The notes beneath the pieces were generated by a model. The model did no database searches. It worked only from the letters and a program-made list of their open reading frames with translations, and was not told the origin of the DNA. A DNA stretch of 64,000 nucleotides from Octopus sinensis (Eukaryota): contig NC_043008.1 of NCBI RefSeq assembly GCF_006345805.1, positions 124,001-188,000 on the forward strand, in the 5' to 3' direction. Made by a program: the position numbers and the translations under genes. This document shows, in pieces, positions 12,626 to 24,829 of the stretch. The stretch's first letter is position 1; each line of letters begins with the position of its first letter.

Positions 12626-12869
12626 GCGATGACGTTTATTGACAGCTTGTGACGTAGGCTTACGTATCGCAAAGTTCACCTGGCGTAAAAGTACGTCTGC
12701 TTCCCTATACCTTGCCGTGCTAAGTGGCCGAGGTTTCTGTCAATTAATTTTAACACATTAATTAATCATACTCCTTCATAAATTTTAATGAAATTTGACT
12801 ATTTCATAGAAATTTCTAATGAATGCAATGAAGATTAAACAGTGTTCTCCATTAAGCCGATATCTAACA

Positions 12870-12954
<85 letters not shown>

Positions 12955-12978
12955 ATATCTATCTATCTACTTTCCTAC

Positions 12979-13069
<91 letters not shown>

Positions 13070-13115
13070 CCTCCAGCCTTCATCAGGTCTCTTGGGGAAA
13101 TCAGCTAAAGCCCAC

Positions 13116-13186
13116 GGGCATATGGCGTAGTGGTTATGAGCGCGGGCTACTAACCTCAAGATTCAGAGTTCGATTCCCGGCTGTGT

Positions 13187-13255
<69 letters not shown>

Positions 13256-13445
13256 CAACAACAACATTGAAAAATACCTTAGGAATGAGAATCCAGATTC
13301 GAAATTTCCTCAAGACACCCGATGAAGGCTGGAGAGTATATCAGCTGAAACGTGGCGTTAACAACAAACAAGATGAGGACAGATATCCGTCAAATGTAAA
13401 TAATGTAAATAATGTACATAATCACTCATCTCTTAAATATATAAC
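13116..13445 (+). mobile_element. tRNA-headed SINE with (AAT)n linker and hammerhead-containing tail
   Basis: Box A TGGCGTAGTGG (13123) and box B GTTCGATTCC (13168), then (AAT)n/(AAC)n, then a degenerate hammerhead at 13314-13359. Confidence 0.7.
13314..13359 (+). ncRNA. Degenerate hammerhead motif (family C)
   Basis: GACAC-CCGAUGA-A-GGCUG(10 nt)CAGCU-GAA-ACGU-G-GCGUU. G at position 17 and a stem I mismatch predict an inactive copy. The inverted fragment at 13071-13101 has the canonical CUGAUGA core. Confidence 0.55.
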
Positions 13446-13504
13446 TGTTTTGTTTATCGTTTTTGAAATTTCAATAATCTTACCTCTTTTCAGATGTATG
13501 GTGA

Positions 13505-14840
13505 TGGAATACCGAGTAGAAAACAAAAAACGTATATTTTCGATATCTGCATCTCTTCGCTTTCAATCAAAATTCCAACTTTCAAGGCATTTGTGTTGTG
13601 TACAGAGAAGGCACTATTACTGAAAGAACTGCACAGAAATGGTTTTCACGACTGAAGGTGGAATAAATCGACCTCATAGACGTTCCACGTTCTGGCCAAC
13701 CTGTTCAGTCCAATGACCATCGATTGAAGAGTTTATCTACAAGAAATTTTACTCAGCAGATGGAATATTCTTATACCTTCACCGTGCAAAAGTGGGTCGT
13801 TGAATTTAGGAGGGGAAGGGAGAGTCTTGAGGATAACCCAACGTCTGTATGTCCCGTAACTGCCACCACCAATCGTGTATACCACATGACGATGGATTAC
13901 GGGTATCTGACCATAAATAAAATAGCCAATGCTATTGGTTTATCCCGTGGGAGAATTGAGAATATTCTACACAATGAACTTGGTATGACGAAAGTTTCTA
14001 CACAGTGTGTGCCAAATATAACACCTGGTCAAAATCGCACCTGGTTGATCACATCACAACACAATCTAACATTGTCTGAGACAGATCCAGCTGGTTTTCT
14101 TGAATTTTTCCTAAGCCAGGATGAGTCTTGTCTTTAACTTTTTGAGCCAGATGCAAAAAGACAATCCATGCAGTGGGATCACTCATCCTCACTTGCCCCA
14201 AATAAGGCTAAGTTTGTTTCATCTGCAAAGAAGGTGATGGACTTAGTTTTTTGTATGCAAAAGGCGTTGTGATTATTGACTATGTTCAAAAGGGTCACAC
14301 CATCAGTGGAGAGTACTATGTCAAATCGCTGAGGCTGTTACGAAAGTCTATCAAGACCAAATGTCCAGGAAAACTGACGAAATGGGGTCTTATTTCATCA
14401 GGACAATGCTGCAGCATGCAAGTCCTTGGTTTAATGGCTGCTATGTGTACCTGTGGGTCTGGACTGGTTGATTACCTACTCTGTACTTTGTGTGTTTGAA
14501 CTGGCTGATCTTCCTCCCTGTTTTTCTTATTTGTGGGTTTGAACTGGCTGATCACCCACCCTGTTCTTATTTGGCCGCATCTATCATCTGTTCCCAAACA
14601 TGAAAAAAACACTTGGCTGGGAACCAGTGTCGCAGTGATGATGACGTCATACCTACTGCCGATAACTTCTTTGACCAACAAGACGAAAACTTGTTCCCTA
14701 ATGGGGTTCAAGCACTGAAACCCTGATGGAAGAAGTGTGTGGACTGTAAGGGTGACTATGTAGAAACGTAAACCTCATTTTAGTTACATCCCATGAGAGT
14801 ATCTTGGTTCGCCTATGAACTTTTCAAGCCGACCCTCGTA
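13505..14840 (+). mobile_element. Mariner transposase pseudogene(s), probably a fusion of two subfamilies, ending in a 3' TIR
   Basis: MEYxVE...ERTAQKWF..DVPRSGQP, then a second HTH TVQKWVVEFRRGRESLED, then QDES, GVLFHQDNA, decayed YSPDLAP and WKKCVDCKGDYVE. TIR-like CCTATGAACTTTTCAAGCCGACCCTCGTA at the end. Confidence 0.85.
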
Positions 14841-14841
14841 C

Positions 14842-15100
14842 TACGGACGTGATTAAAATGCCACAGGAAAGAATCGCAAAGCGGAGTGTACAAGTGGAGC
14901 CCGTTGGCAGGTCACCTAGGGGCAGAACAAGAACGAAATGGTTGAATAATATCTATAGTGACATTTGGTCATGCATGGGAATCCAAGCGGAAATTTTAAT
15001 GACTGCTGCTTCTGATAGGATCCTGTGGGGATGGGGAGATTTCTGACGATCCGACCCCGACGATCATCCTAGGAATAGTAAACGGAAAACGTGGCTGGAT
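14842..15100 (+). mobile_element. RTE-like LINE 3' fragment
   Basis: VIKMPQERIAKRSVQVEPVGRSPRGRTRTKWLNNI resembles the RTE C-terminal GHV.RM...R.P....G.R.RGRPR..W motif. Confidence 0.75.
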
Positions 15101-15559
15101 GGATATTGTAATAAAGTTGTTGCTGAATTCCTATAAGCTCCATACAGAAAACATAATTGGCCTTGTCAGTCGGAAATCGGCGTTACTCTTAATAGAAGAC
15201 TAGCTTTTGGGATTGGATTTTGTCAATTATTTTCCAGTAATGTATGTTGTTTTCCGTATATATATATATATACATTTTTATATTTTCTTATCTATAGTTA
15301 GATTCTTCATAGACAGAAAAAAAATGATTTCTTTTTCTGTTTGAGCAGTGAAAGACTTCAACCAACTGACAGCTAGAATTACAATTTATTTCTATTTTAA
15401 TATTCAGAAAATATTCTTTATTTCAGCTAAAGATGGAGTTTTTCTCAAATACAATTACTCGACCTGCTAAAAGTAGCTGCTAATTCTCTGTCAGATGAAG
15501 CTCTACCATCTTTAAAAAAAACAAATGGTCACATTGAAAAACGTGACTTGGATAAATAC

Positions 15560-15860
15560 AACTGGAATGCCTATGGTCATAGGTCAGATCGATCGCAACT
15601 AAGCCAGAAGTCTGGTGATTTGTATGGACCAACCCAATTCTTCCGCTTTAGACTTTCTGATCTTTCAAAGCAGTTTTCGTATATTCAACCTAATAGCCAA
15701 TATCTTCAGCAAGATGTTCGATATGTTCATTTCTAGATCTGCCGATACCTGGTATGTCCATGGATAGGTTCCCAGAGAAGGGAATCGCTGGATGTTTCAT
15801 CCTTGCTTCTCCGGTAGTGATGAGAACAATATCTTTTTCTTTCTCTGATTCCCCAGGGCT
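15560..15860 (-). mobile_element. RTE-like LINE 3' fragment, decayed
   Basis: HYRRSKDETSSDSLLWEPIHGHT / IGRSRNEHIEHLAEDIGY across a frameshift resembles the RTE motif H.YR.KDE..S.LLLWEP.HG...GRP...YI..L..DTG. Confidence 0.65.
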
Positions 15861-15869
15861 AAAGAACAA

Positions 15870-16415
15870 CAGCAACAGCATCCTCCTCCTCCTCATCAAC
15901 ATCATCATCAGCAGCAACAACATCATCATCATAAACAACATCATCATCATCATCATCATCAATACCACCACCACCACCACCATCACCATATCACCACCAC
16001 CACCAAAAACAACAGCAGCAGCATCAGCACCTGCCGTAAAAGCTTTCTTATCTGAAACGTTAGATCTTCCTCTTAAATTTCCGATCTTCTGTTCGACTTG
16101 CACAAAAAACATTCCTCTCCGTTACTCTGAGTATCGTTAACAAATTAATACTCTGTTAATTATCAAATAATGTTAAGTATAGCAACCACCACCACCACCA
16201 CCACCACCACCACCACCGCCACCGCCACCACCACCAGCGCCACCACCACCACCACCACCACCACCGCCACCACCACCACCACCGCCACCGCCGTTGCAAC
16301 TCCCGTCGCCGCTACTGCCGCCATCATTACCACAGCTACAATTACAACCGCCACAACGGCAATCACCACCACCACCGTCAGCCACCACCACAAGCTCCAT
16401 CACCATCACGGACAA

Positions 16416-16447
<32 letters not shown>

Positions 16448-16660
16448 CCACTACCACCATCACCTCCCACTACCACCACCACCACAGCAATAAAAGACAA
16501 CTAGCAAAAACAAAATCTACTTCTATTAATACGTCTAATATTAACTACCACCGTTAGTACAACCACCATTACTACTACAAACTTTCACCACCACCACCAC
16601 CACCACCACCACCCACTACCACTACTAGTACTACTACTACCACCACTACTACTACTATAT
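15870..16660. repeat. Compound trinucleotide repeats (CAT, CAC, CAA, CTA)
   Basis: Directly visible. They explain the poly-T, -G, -V and -H ORFs. Confidence 0.95.
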
Positions 16661-16868
16661 TGTCTTGAATGCAGTCTTAATGATTTAGCAATATTTCACA
16701 CAAAACATGATTTCTCAGCAATGTTAGAGAACTTGAAACACTTATTGAAAATATATTCAGAAAATATACAGAAATTCTTAAAACATGTTGACCAATATCA
16801 TTATATGTAATATATCATATATTTAAGTGTAATGTTCTTTCTCTTTCTCAATTCTCGCTCCATCTCTT

Positions 16869-16915
<47 letters not shown>

Positions 16916-17059
16916 GTTACTTTCTGTTATTTAAAACATTTCTTTTATATATTTTTCGTCGTGTGTGTTTTGTGAGATAAGTCATCTTTTAGTATAAACA
17001 CATGAATTAAAAGATAAACTTTTGACATGACATTCTGAATAATAATAATAATAGTAGTC

Positions 17060-17101
<42 letters not shown>

Positions 17102-17532
17102 ATAATAATAATAAAAAAAAGATAGAGCAAAAAAAAACAAGCAAACAATCAAAATATTTCATCTTAAACAACGATGACGTTTGTTGTTTTGTTTATAATT
17201 TTTTAAACATTTCACATACCTTTTACTCACGCTAACAAATACGTATGTACGCATGTGTGTACACACGCATAGACACACACACACACACATACATGCATAC
17301 ACACACACACACACACACACACGTAAATGTCGAACGATGAAAATGAGTGCTTGACACCGCATTGGTGGATAGAATTTCTTTATTTGTGAATTATAATAAG
17401 AGATTAATATGAATCATTGGATTCATATTAAGAAAACTAGGGAAATGTCTTAATTTTTCAAGCCGATCACACGGGGAAAGTGTTCGCCCCCATTTTGGAA
17501 AACACACCCATATATATATATATATATATATA

Positions 17533-17735
17533 AAGTTAATCCAAACAAGAAAGCACAAAAAATCACAACAACGCGAGGACGTGGAAAAAATATAGTATTA
17601 TTGGACGCTCAGGAAAGAAGGAGGGTTTAACGTTTCAAGCGGAGCTCTTTGTCGGAAACATAGGGAAGGAAAGATCCAGAAAAGGGAAGACTGAGGAAAA
17701 AAATCACCACGGTACACACGCGGTCACATTTTGAA
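17533..17735 (-). mobile_element. Family-B repeat module (probable Tx1/L1 3' end) with degenerate hammerhead at 17625-17659
   Basis: Near-identical to 32331-32545. The core is CCGACAA (G8A). Confidence 0.7.
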
Positions 17736-18452
17736 TGTATATATACACATACGTATGTATATATGCAAATATGGGAACAGGATGTCACCAACAGTTCAAA
17801 CAATATGAAATACGTAAACAACGAAAAAAATGGAGATCAGGGCAAGTAAACACAGAGGATGGACTCTTCACCAGTGTTTGGCAGTCTATCTACTCCTCAT
17901 TCCGAGCATTCAGCGATAATACGGAGTCTTGAAAAACAGTTGATCCCATAAAATCTCTTATTATAAAAGGCAGATTTTATCTGCCTCCCTTTGTCAGTTA
18001 TAGAAATCTACAATATAGGATTTCTTCAATTACAATTTACCTAGCATTTTTAAGAGTAGAATGCATCGGGTCATGCCAGGTCCAGTTTTTAAAATTTAAA
18101 CTCCAATTAAGCAAAATTTACAGAAAACTCACATTCTGGTGTGTATGTCAAATGCTTTTCTTAATGTGGTTTACCCACACGCACACGCACACACACAGTG
18201 TGCAACGAATAAATGAAGTAATTCACTGTGTGTGTGTTGACAGGTAGACAATAGAATGCGATGGCGATGGCGATGGCGATGTAATATTTGTTTCTGTCTA
18301 TCACGCTGATAGATACATGAGTAAAATGTATGGCAAGCTAAGAGATAAGAGTGAGTGAAATGTTCTTGGAAGAGAGTAAATAGCGAGAATGATTTGAGGA
18401 AGACTTTACATTAAATAACCGTAGTGGCTTGTATATATATATATATACATAC

Positions 18453-18719
18453 ATAAGACAGTAAGGTGTGATTTGAGGGAGATTTGGCTGCTATTTTCCC
18501 AGTATGTCTACCTGCCATGTAGGGGTCTCCCTCATAGGCTCATACATACATATATACATAGATAAGACAGTAAGGTGTGATTTGGGGGAATTTGGCTGCT
18601 ATTTCTACCAGGTCTAGCTACCATGTAGAGGTCCCCCTCATTGGCTCATATATATTACATACATAAGACAGTAGGTGTGATGTTTGAGGGAGATTTGGCG
18701 GCTGTTTCTACCAGGTCTG
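18453..18719 (+). repeat. Imperfect tandem repeat, about 2.6 copies of a 101-109-bp unit
   Basis: ATAAGACAGTA(A)GGTGTGAT..GAGGGAGATTTGGCTGCTATTT begins at 18453, 18562 and 18663. Confidence 0.85.
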
Positions 18720-18789
18720 TTAGGCCTTCTCATGTAAACTCAAGCTTTCTCATGCCTTGAACATAAGACCAAAGCAGAGAAGTATTCTT

Positions 18790-19005
18790 TTATTCTTCTG
18801 CTTTTTCCAGCCATTGGTCTGTGGCCATGCTGGGGCAATGCCTTGAAGATTGTAGTTTAATGAATCAACTCCAGTTTTATTTTTGTAAGCATTGTACTTA
18901 TTCTATCTGTTTCCTTTGTCAAACCACTAGGTGACAGGGATGTAAACAAACCAACATTCGTTGTCAAGCAGTGTGGAGGACAAACAAGCACAGACACGCA
19001 CACAC
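18790..19005 (-). mobile_element. SINE family 2, 3' half
   Basis: Homology to the other copies. Confidence 0.7.
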
Positions 19006-19071
19006 ACACACATACATGCATACACATATACACACATACATACATACATATATATATGTGTGATATATATA

Positions 19072-19328
19072 TTGCAGCGTGGAAGGCGTTGTAAGCCATT
19101 TAAGAAACACACAAAAACCGTTAGATTCACTTCAACATTTAAATTTAATTGCCAAAATATTTTCCTCGCTTTGAGACCGCGACCTGTTCACTGACAAAAA
19201 TATCGTGCTAACAGGTCGCGGTCTCAAAGCGACGAAAATATTTTGACAAATTAAATTTAAATGTTGAAGTGAATCTAAAGGTTTTTGTGTGTTTCTTAAA
19301 TGGCTTATAAACACCTTCAACGCTGCAA
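19072..19328. repeat. Inverted repeat (about 117-bp arms, 21-bp spacer), PLE-terminus-like
   Basis: Arms 19072-19188 and 19210-19328 are reverse complements with few mismatches. Confidence 0.9.
19149..19197 (-). ncRNA. Hammerhead variant with C3G/G8C swap (family D)
   Basis: UUGUCA-GUGAACA-G-GUCGC(9 nt)GCGAG-GAA-AAUAUU-U^-UGGCAA. The other arm (19211-19249, +) has an intact GCGAC and UGACAA but lacks the 5' stem I strand. Confidence 0.55.
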
Positions 19329-19400
19329 CTGTTTTTCGTTCCAGCACACGATCTCAGATCAAGTCACTTGCTATGCAAGTACATCTCTGTAACTAATATA

Positions 19401-19494
<94 letters not shown>

Positions 19495-19556
19495 TGGTAA
19501 AAACAGTAAGATAACAAAAGAAAGAAAGAGACCTCAATATTTGTAAATAGAGAAAA

Positions 19557-19951
19557 TCTTTATATATAAAAGTGAGGTTGTGTGTCTGTCTCCTACGATT
19601 TAGATTCCTAACTACTCCCCATTTTGCCTGTGCAGTTTAACCAAAACCGGGTATATTATAGTCGTGATTCATATCGAGACCGTCTGGGTATTAGCGCGCG
19701 TCTACGATGAGTCTACGATTTAAAAAAAAATTTACCATCAATTTTTCCCATTTTTAATCCATTTTTGACATATATAAGGGAAGTAACTCTCTAAAATTTA
19801 TTATTAAATCTCAGAACGTAAAAAGCTATAGTAACACCCCTCCCCCTTTGTGGTTAGCCATATTGAAATGGTTATTATACTTTACATCTCTAAAAATGCT
19901 TATATAATTATTTCCCTTACAAACCCGAGCAACGCCGGGCGATACTGCTAG
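19557..19951 (+). mobile_element. Non-autonomous Helitron-like element
   Basis: A|TC start (TCTTATATATAAAA), subterminal hairpin CCCGAGCAACGCCGGG and CTAG|T end. Confidence 0.7.
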
Positions 19952-19969
19952 TCTAAAATAAAATCTAGA

Positions 19970-20283
19970 CCAAAGTGCCGAACCGCTAGGTTACGTGGAC
20001 GTAAACACACTTACATCGGTTGTCAAGCGATTGTGGGGAGGAACAAACACAGACATTCAAACACATACACACACGCACACGCACACACACACACACACAC
20101 CACACACACACACATATATACATATACGACAGGCTTCTTTCAGTTTCCGTCTACCAAAATCTGCTCACAAGTCTTTGGTCGGCCTTAGGCTATAGCAGAA
20201 GACACTTGCCCAAGGTGTCATGCAGTGGGACTGAACCCAGAACCATGTGGTTGGTAAGCAAGCTACTTACCACAGCCACTCCA
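19970..20283 (-). mobile_element. SINE family 2
   Basis: Head and body homology. Confidence 0.8.
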
Positions 20284-20381
20284 TACATACATGTAAGCAT
20301 ACATACATATATACATATGTATGTCTGTGTGTAAGTCTGAGAGAGAGAGAGAGAGAGAAAGAAAGAAAGAGAGAGAGAAAA

Positions 20382-20467
<86 letters not shown>

Positions 20468-21322
20468 ATTCCCATAAAACAATTTTATATCATTAGTTCC
20501 TAAGCGCCTTTCATCATAGCGTTTGTTTGGAACTCTGCATTAAATGCTGCAAATGCCGTGGCATGCTTAATCGCAACGCATCGTCAGGGGAATCTTTTAT
20601 CGCATTATCTTACACAACACTGAAGTAGTCTCCTTTTGCCTTTGCTCGGTGCATCAGAGCAGGTAATGTTACCAAGTCTCGTAATGACCACACCAACCAA
20701 CCAACCAACCAACAAACCAACCTGTCGGTCGTTTGGGAGCGAATCGGATGACAATAATTATCGTGGAGCTCTAGACGCAGATGTCGCAGTCGTGCATACA
20801 CTTGTACACACCACACACACACTCTTCCCATTCTCTCTCTCTGTTACACACATATTATATATATACATATTATATATATATATAATTACAAATTTGGGAT
20901 TTTATCAATGGAACCGCAGTTTCTATTTCAGGATAACCTTCATGGTATGGTATACTACACAGAGAAAGTTACATCCAATAAAATAATTAAATTAATGAAA
21001 GCAGTTAAAATAGCCGACTATAAAATTAATTGAAAATATATTTGTAAATATATACACACTCACACACGCACACATATTTATATATATTGTACATCTTGTA
21101 TGTTCAAGGTGTAGATAAGGGCTACACTAGATCTCAGCTCCCACATACTTATCAAACAGTTGTTAATGTCAGAGCAATCTTGTTACTTATCTTCGTGCAC
21201 CATTCCAACATATTGTACATATTAACTGACATTATTACTGTTAAATACGAATATTTTAAAGAAATATGGAGCACAGACGAAACGTACTGCAAACTAGAGA
21301 TTTTTCGATCGGGATATCCCTC

Positions 21323-21391
21323 TCAACTGAGATTACTGTGTAGAGTAGCGAGAAATGTTTTTCGCTCGGCTCCATATTGTTCCTCCATGTC
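21323..21391 (-). CDS. Candidate terminal exon (DMEEQYGAERKTFLATLHSNLS*)
   Basis: Acceptor gtctttattcctgtttgtAG and a protein-like frame in non-repetitive DNA. No partner exons were found. Confidence 0.2.
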   Translation of the reverse strand, partial: DMEEQYGAERKTFLATLHSNLS

Positions 21392-21619
21392 CTACAAACA
21401 GGAATAAAGACGAGCGTTCATCTGAATGTGCGACGGCTTTTGTTTTATAATATAAAACAATATAATCTATACACACACAGCCTCACACCCATATACATGC
21501 GTATGTGTGTCATGTATGTTATGTGTATATACATCTGCCTCTACATACATACATACATGCATACATACACACGCACAAATATATACATAATACATATATA
21601 TATATGTACATATATATAT

Positions 21620-21657
<38 letters not shown>

Positions 21658-21670
21658 ATATGTATGTATG

Positions 21671-21715
<45 letters not shown>

Positions 21716-21986
21716 ATATATGATATTTGTATAAGTGGGCCTATATATTAAGGCTTTGTGTTCCTTCCAGCAGACAGTGTGTGGTAGAATGATGTCGCCA
21801 ATACGAAATCGTGGCCAACGAACAAAGAGCTATTATATAATACAAGACGAAGTTGGAGACAATTCCGGTTCTAGAGTTATGGGGAGAGTTACGGGGAGAA
21901 CGCAAAGGGAGAGAAAGAAGGATTTTTCCTCGTTATCCACCCTCAGATTTTCTTTTTGAATTCCAGTGAGCTTAATAGAAATTATC

Positions 21987-22047
<61 letters not shown>

Positions 22048-22395
22048 GGATATAAACGAAAAGTAGAGTATTCCCATGCAGGTAAAAATATATGAGAAGC
22101 ATTTTTGGCGTTTGAAAATGCACCTGAATAATCTATACTGTTGTGCATGTAATTCTTTTTTTCAATTTTTGAATTTCTAAAAGGAACAACCAATAAAGGT
22201 GAAGAGCGCAGTGAAATGAGGCTGAATTGAAAAAAAAAAAAAAAGTAACTACGCGCACAATGAAACGAGAAGAAGACACACCAAGCTTTTGTGATGACGT
22301 ATAATTTTCATATCTTATCACATTCATCTTGATAGTTATTAAAGCTCGAAAATTCGGTTGCCATCATTTCGGGACACCCTGCACATCTGTGTGCG

Positions 22396-22429
<34 letters not shown>

Positions 22430-22605
22430 TGTATGTATGTATGTATGTATGTATGTATATATGTGTGTGTATATATATATATATAAATGCATACATATAT
22501 ATACATATAGACATACATATAAATATACATACATACATATATATATACATACATACATATATATACATAAATACATACATACATACATACGTACATACAC
22601 ATACA

Positions 22606-22637
<32 letters not shown>

Positions 22638-23483
22638 CATACATACATATATATATATATATAGTTAATCCAAACAAGAAAACACAAAAAAAAACACAAC
22701 AACGAGAGGACGTGGAACAAATAAAGTATTATTGGACGCTCAGGAAAGAAGGGAAATATATATATATATATAAACATGACAAGATAAGAAAATGCACTCT
22801 TTCTTTCACGTTGCAGTTAATTCCAAAGTATAATCGAAGTGAAATCGAATTATTTCAAAATGCATAATTGGATATTTCAAATTATCATATGTGCAAATCA
22901 CATCATTTAATTATTAAACATTCCAAAGTTCATTTTTATATTCAAATCAAATCATTTCAAAATGCCTTATTAAACACTCGATATCACATCATTAAAAATG
23001 AAAATGAAAAGAAAAGAACTATAAATATTGCAGAATACACAACTGGTCTCGTAACCGGTTCCACTTATAGGAGATATTCATAGCAATGTACGTGCGTAAT
23101 GGCTTGCTACGAGTCTTCATTTAATATCTTGTGTGGCCACTTGAAATAGCTTCGTTATAAAATCATTTAGCAACAACAAGAGATAATATTATATACGCTA
23201 AAGTAAACCTCTGTACTTTAACTAAACAGAAATATATGAGAAAATACATTTTCTAAATATTTATGAACGAATAAAAAAAATTGCGCCAGTAATTGATTAA
23301 CGATTTAATCTTGACTCAAATTTGACAGTAATAGATGTTTCTTAATTGATTCTGTGTAGCGTAGGTTCGAAACATAAAATGCCTTTGCATTTTTCTTGAG
23401 TGTTAAACTAATACGCCTGCTTGTTGTTCGTACACCGATGTTCGTCTTTTGTTTTCTGTAAATTTGAGCTATATATATATTAT

Positions 23484-23545
<62 letters not shown>

Positions 23546-23738
23546 GTGTGTATTTTTCCTTTGTTAACAATTAACACGAAAAAAAATAGATAAATAGTTA
23601 CCAGGGTATCAAAAAATCACACAATTAAAAAGGTTGTAACTCCTTGTTTTTAAACTTAGAGAGATTTTCTAACTAGCCACTTTGCTTGTTGCAATATCAG
23701 TGACTGTTTGTCACTTATTTTTCTATATATTGCGAGCT

Positions 23739-23866
23739 GCAGCGGGTTACTATTATCTGTAGCAGACGGGTGTCCACCACTGAGGATGAGAGCACAAATA
23801 GCTCGAATTCGTACGGTCTGGTGGCCCCGTCATCTGCTAGAAGATGGTAGGGGTTCGACCCGCTGC
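23739..23866 (+). ncRNA. Long rod-like RNA capped by a type I hammerhead motif
   Basis: Five stacked helices (10+9+5+6+6 bp) enclose CUGAGGA-U-GAG..CUC-GAA-UUCGUACGGU-C^. It has a GUC site, but A15.1 is substituted by U. Confidence 0.65.
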
Positions 23867-24351
23867 CCGAAACATATACTGGGTGCAGACTGCAGCGGCA
23901 ATCAACAATGGGAGACTCCTCCTGGGGTTAAAAACGGTGGTATTAATGTCGGTTCATACAGAATGGCCATATTGAAGTTGGCAATAGACATTACTTCACA
24001 GTATAGTAACTGATCTCATCTCTCATTGAGATTTCCTAACTAGTCACTTGCTTATATCTATCTGTCTGTCTGTCTGTCTATCAAACTATCAATCTGAATA
24101 TAGAAATTTTCAAACTTAAAGTCTATAATTACATAGATTTAAAACGGAGTGTTTTTTTTTTCTTTTTGTTCTTTTCCTTATCTACAATAGCCAGAAGGCT
24201 GTTCTTAGATTTACGTCGGTGATATGTTACAGCTGTCAACAAAATATCTTGTACAATTTGATTATTGAAATGAATGATTTCTATACCATTTACCTGTTTG
24301 TGATTTTGCCAGCTTTTCAAGTGCTGTACACGGACAAATTGTTCAATTTAC

Positions 24352-24710
24352 CAATGTTTCCCAACGTAGGATATATACCCCATCGTTGGGGCCTGGGAAA
24401 ATTGTGGTGGGGCGTGATATCAAAAACTTTTTTCTTTAGGTTTTAATGTTAAAATCTTTTATATCCCCAACAAACATACTACACCTCTATTCAGCCTAGC
24501 CAAAACCAATCCCTCCAGCAAGCATACTGTGTGAGGACTGTTTGCTACAGTAAAGCACTATTCTAATGCCCTAATGTGATATTTCTTTAAGGAAAATATA
24601 TAATTATAAAATATTAAAAATAAAGTTGTCTTTTTCCAAGCACCGATGGGGCATACATTTTTCTAGAAAGTTATTGAGGGATCTGGATATGAATAGGTTG
24701 GGAAACACTT
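24352..24710. mobile_element. hAT (Charlie/Buster-like) MITE
   Basis: Terminal inverted repeats CAATGTTTCCCAACGTA / TAGGTTGGGAAACACTT match at 14/17. No clear TSD. Confidence 0.55.
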
Positions 24711-24829
24711 TTATAGACTAAATAATCAGAGATACGTTGTGAAAATAGCAGTTCATGATTTATGAATTAAAATTATTGATTTTATATCTTTCTAAGTGTG
24801 AAGGTACACGGCCTAGTGGTTTGACCTCA

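Noticed and set aside
13116-13185. tRNA gene (also the heads at 30114, 50601 and 58640)
   Set aside because: Boxes A and B are present, but I could not fold a complete cloverleaf, and each head continues into a repeated SINE body.
15690-15860. Apparent spliced exon PGESEKEKDIV...EDIGY*
   Set aside because: It matches a decayed RTE LINE 3' end across two frames.
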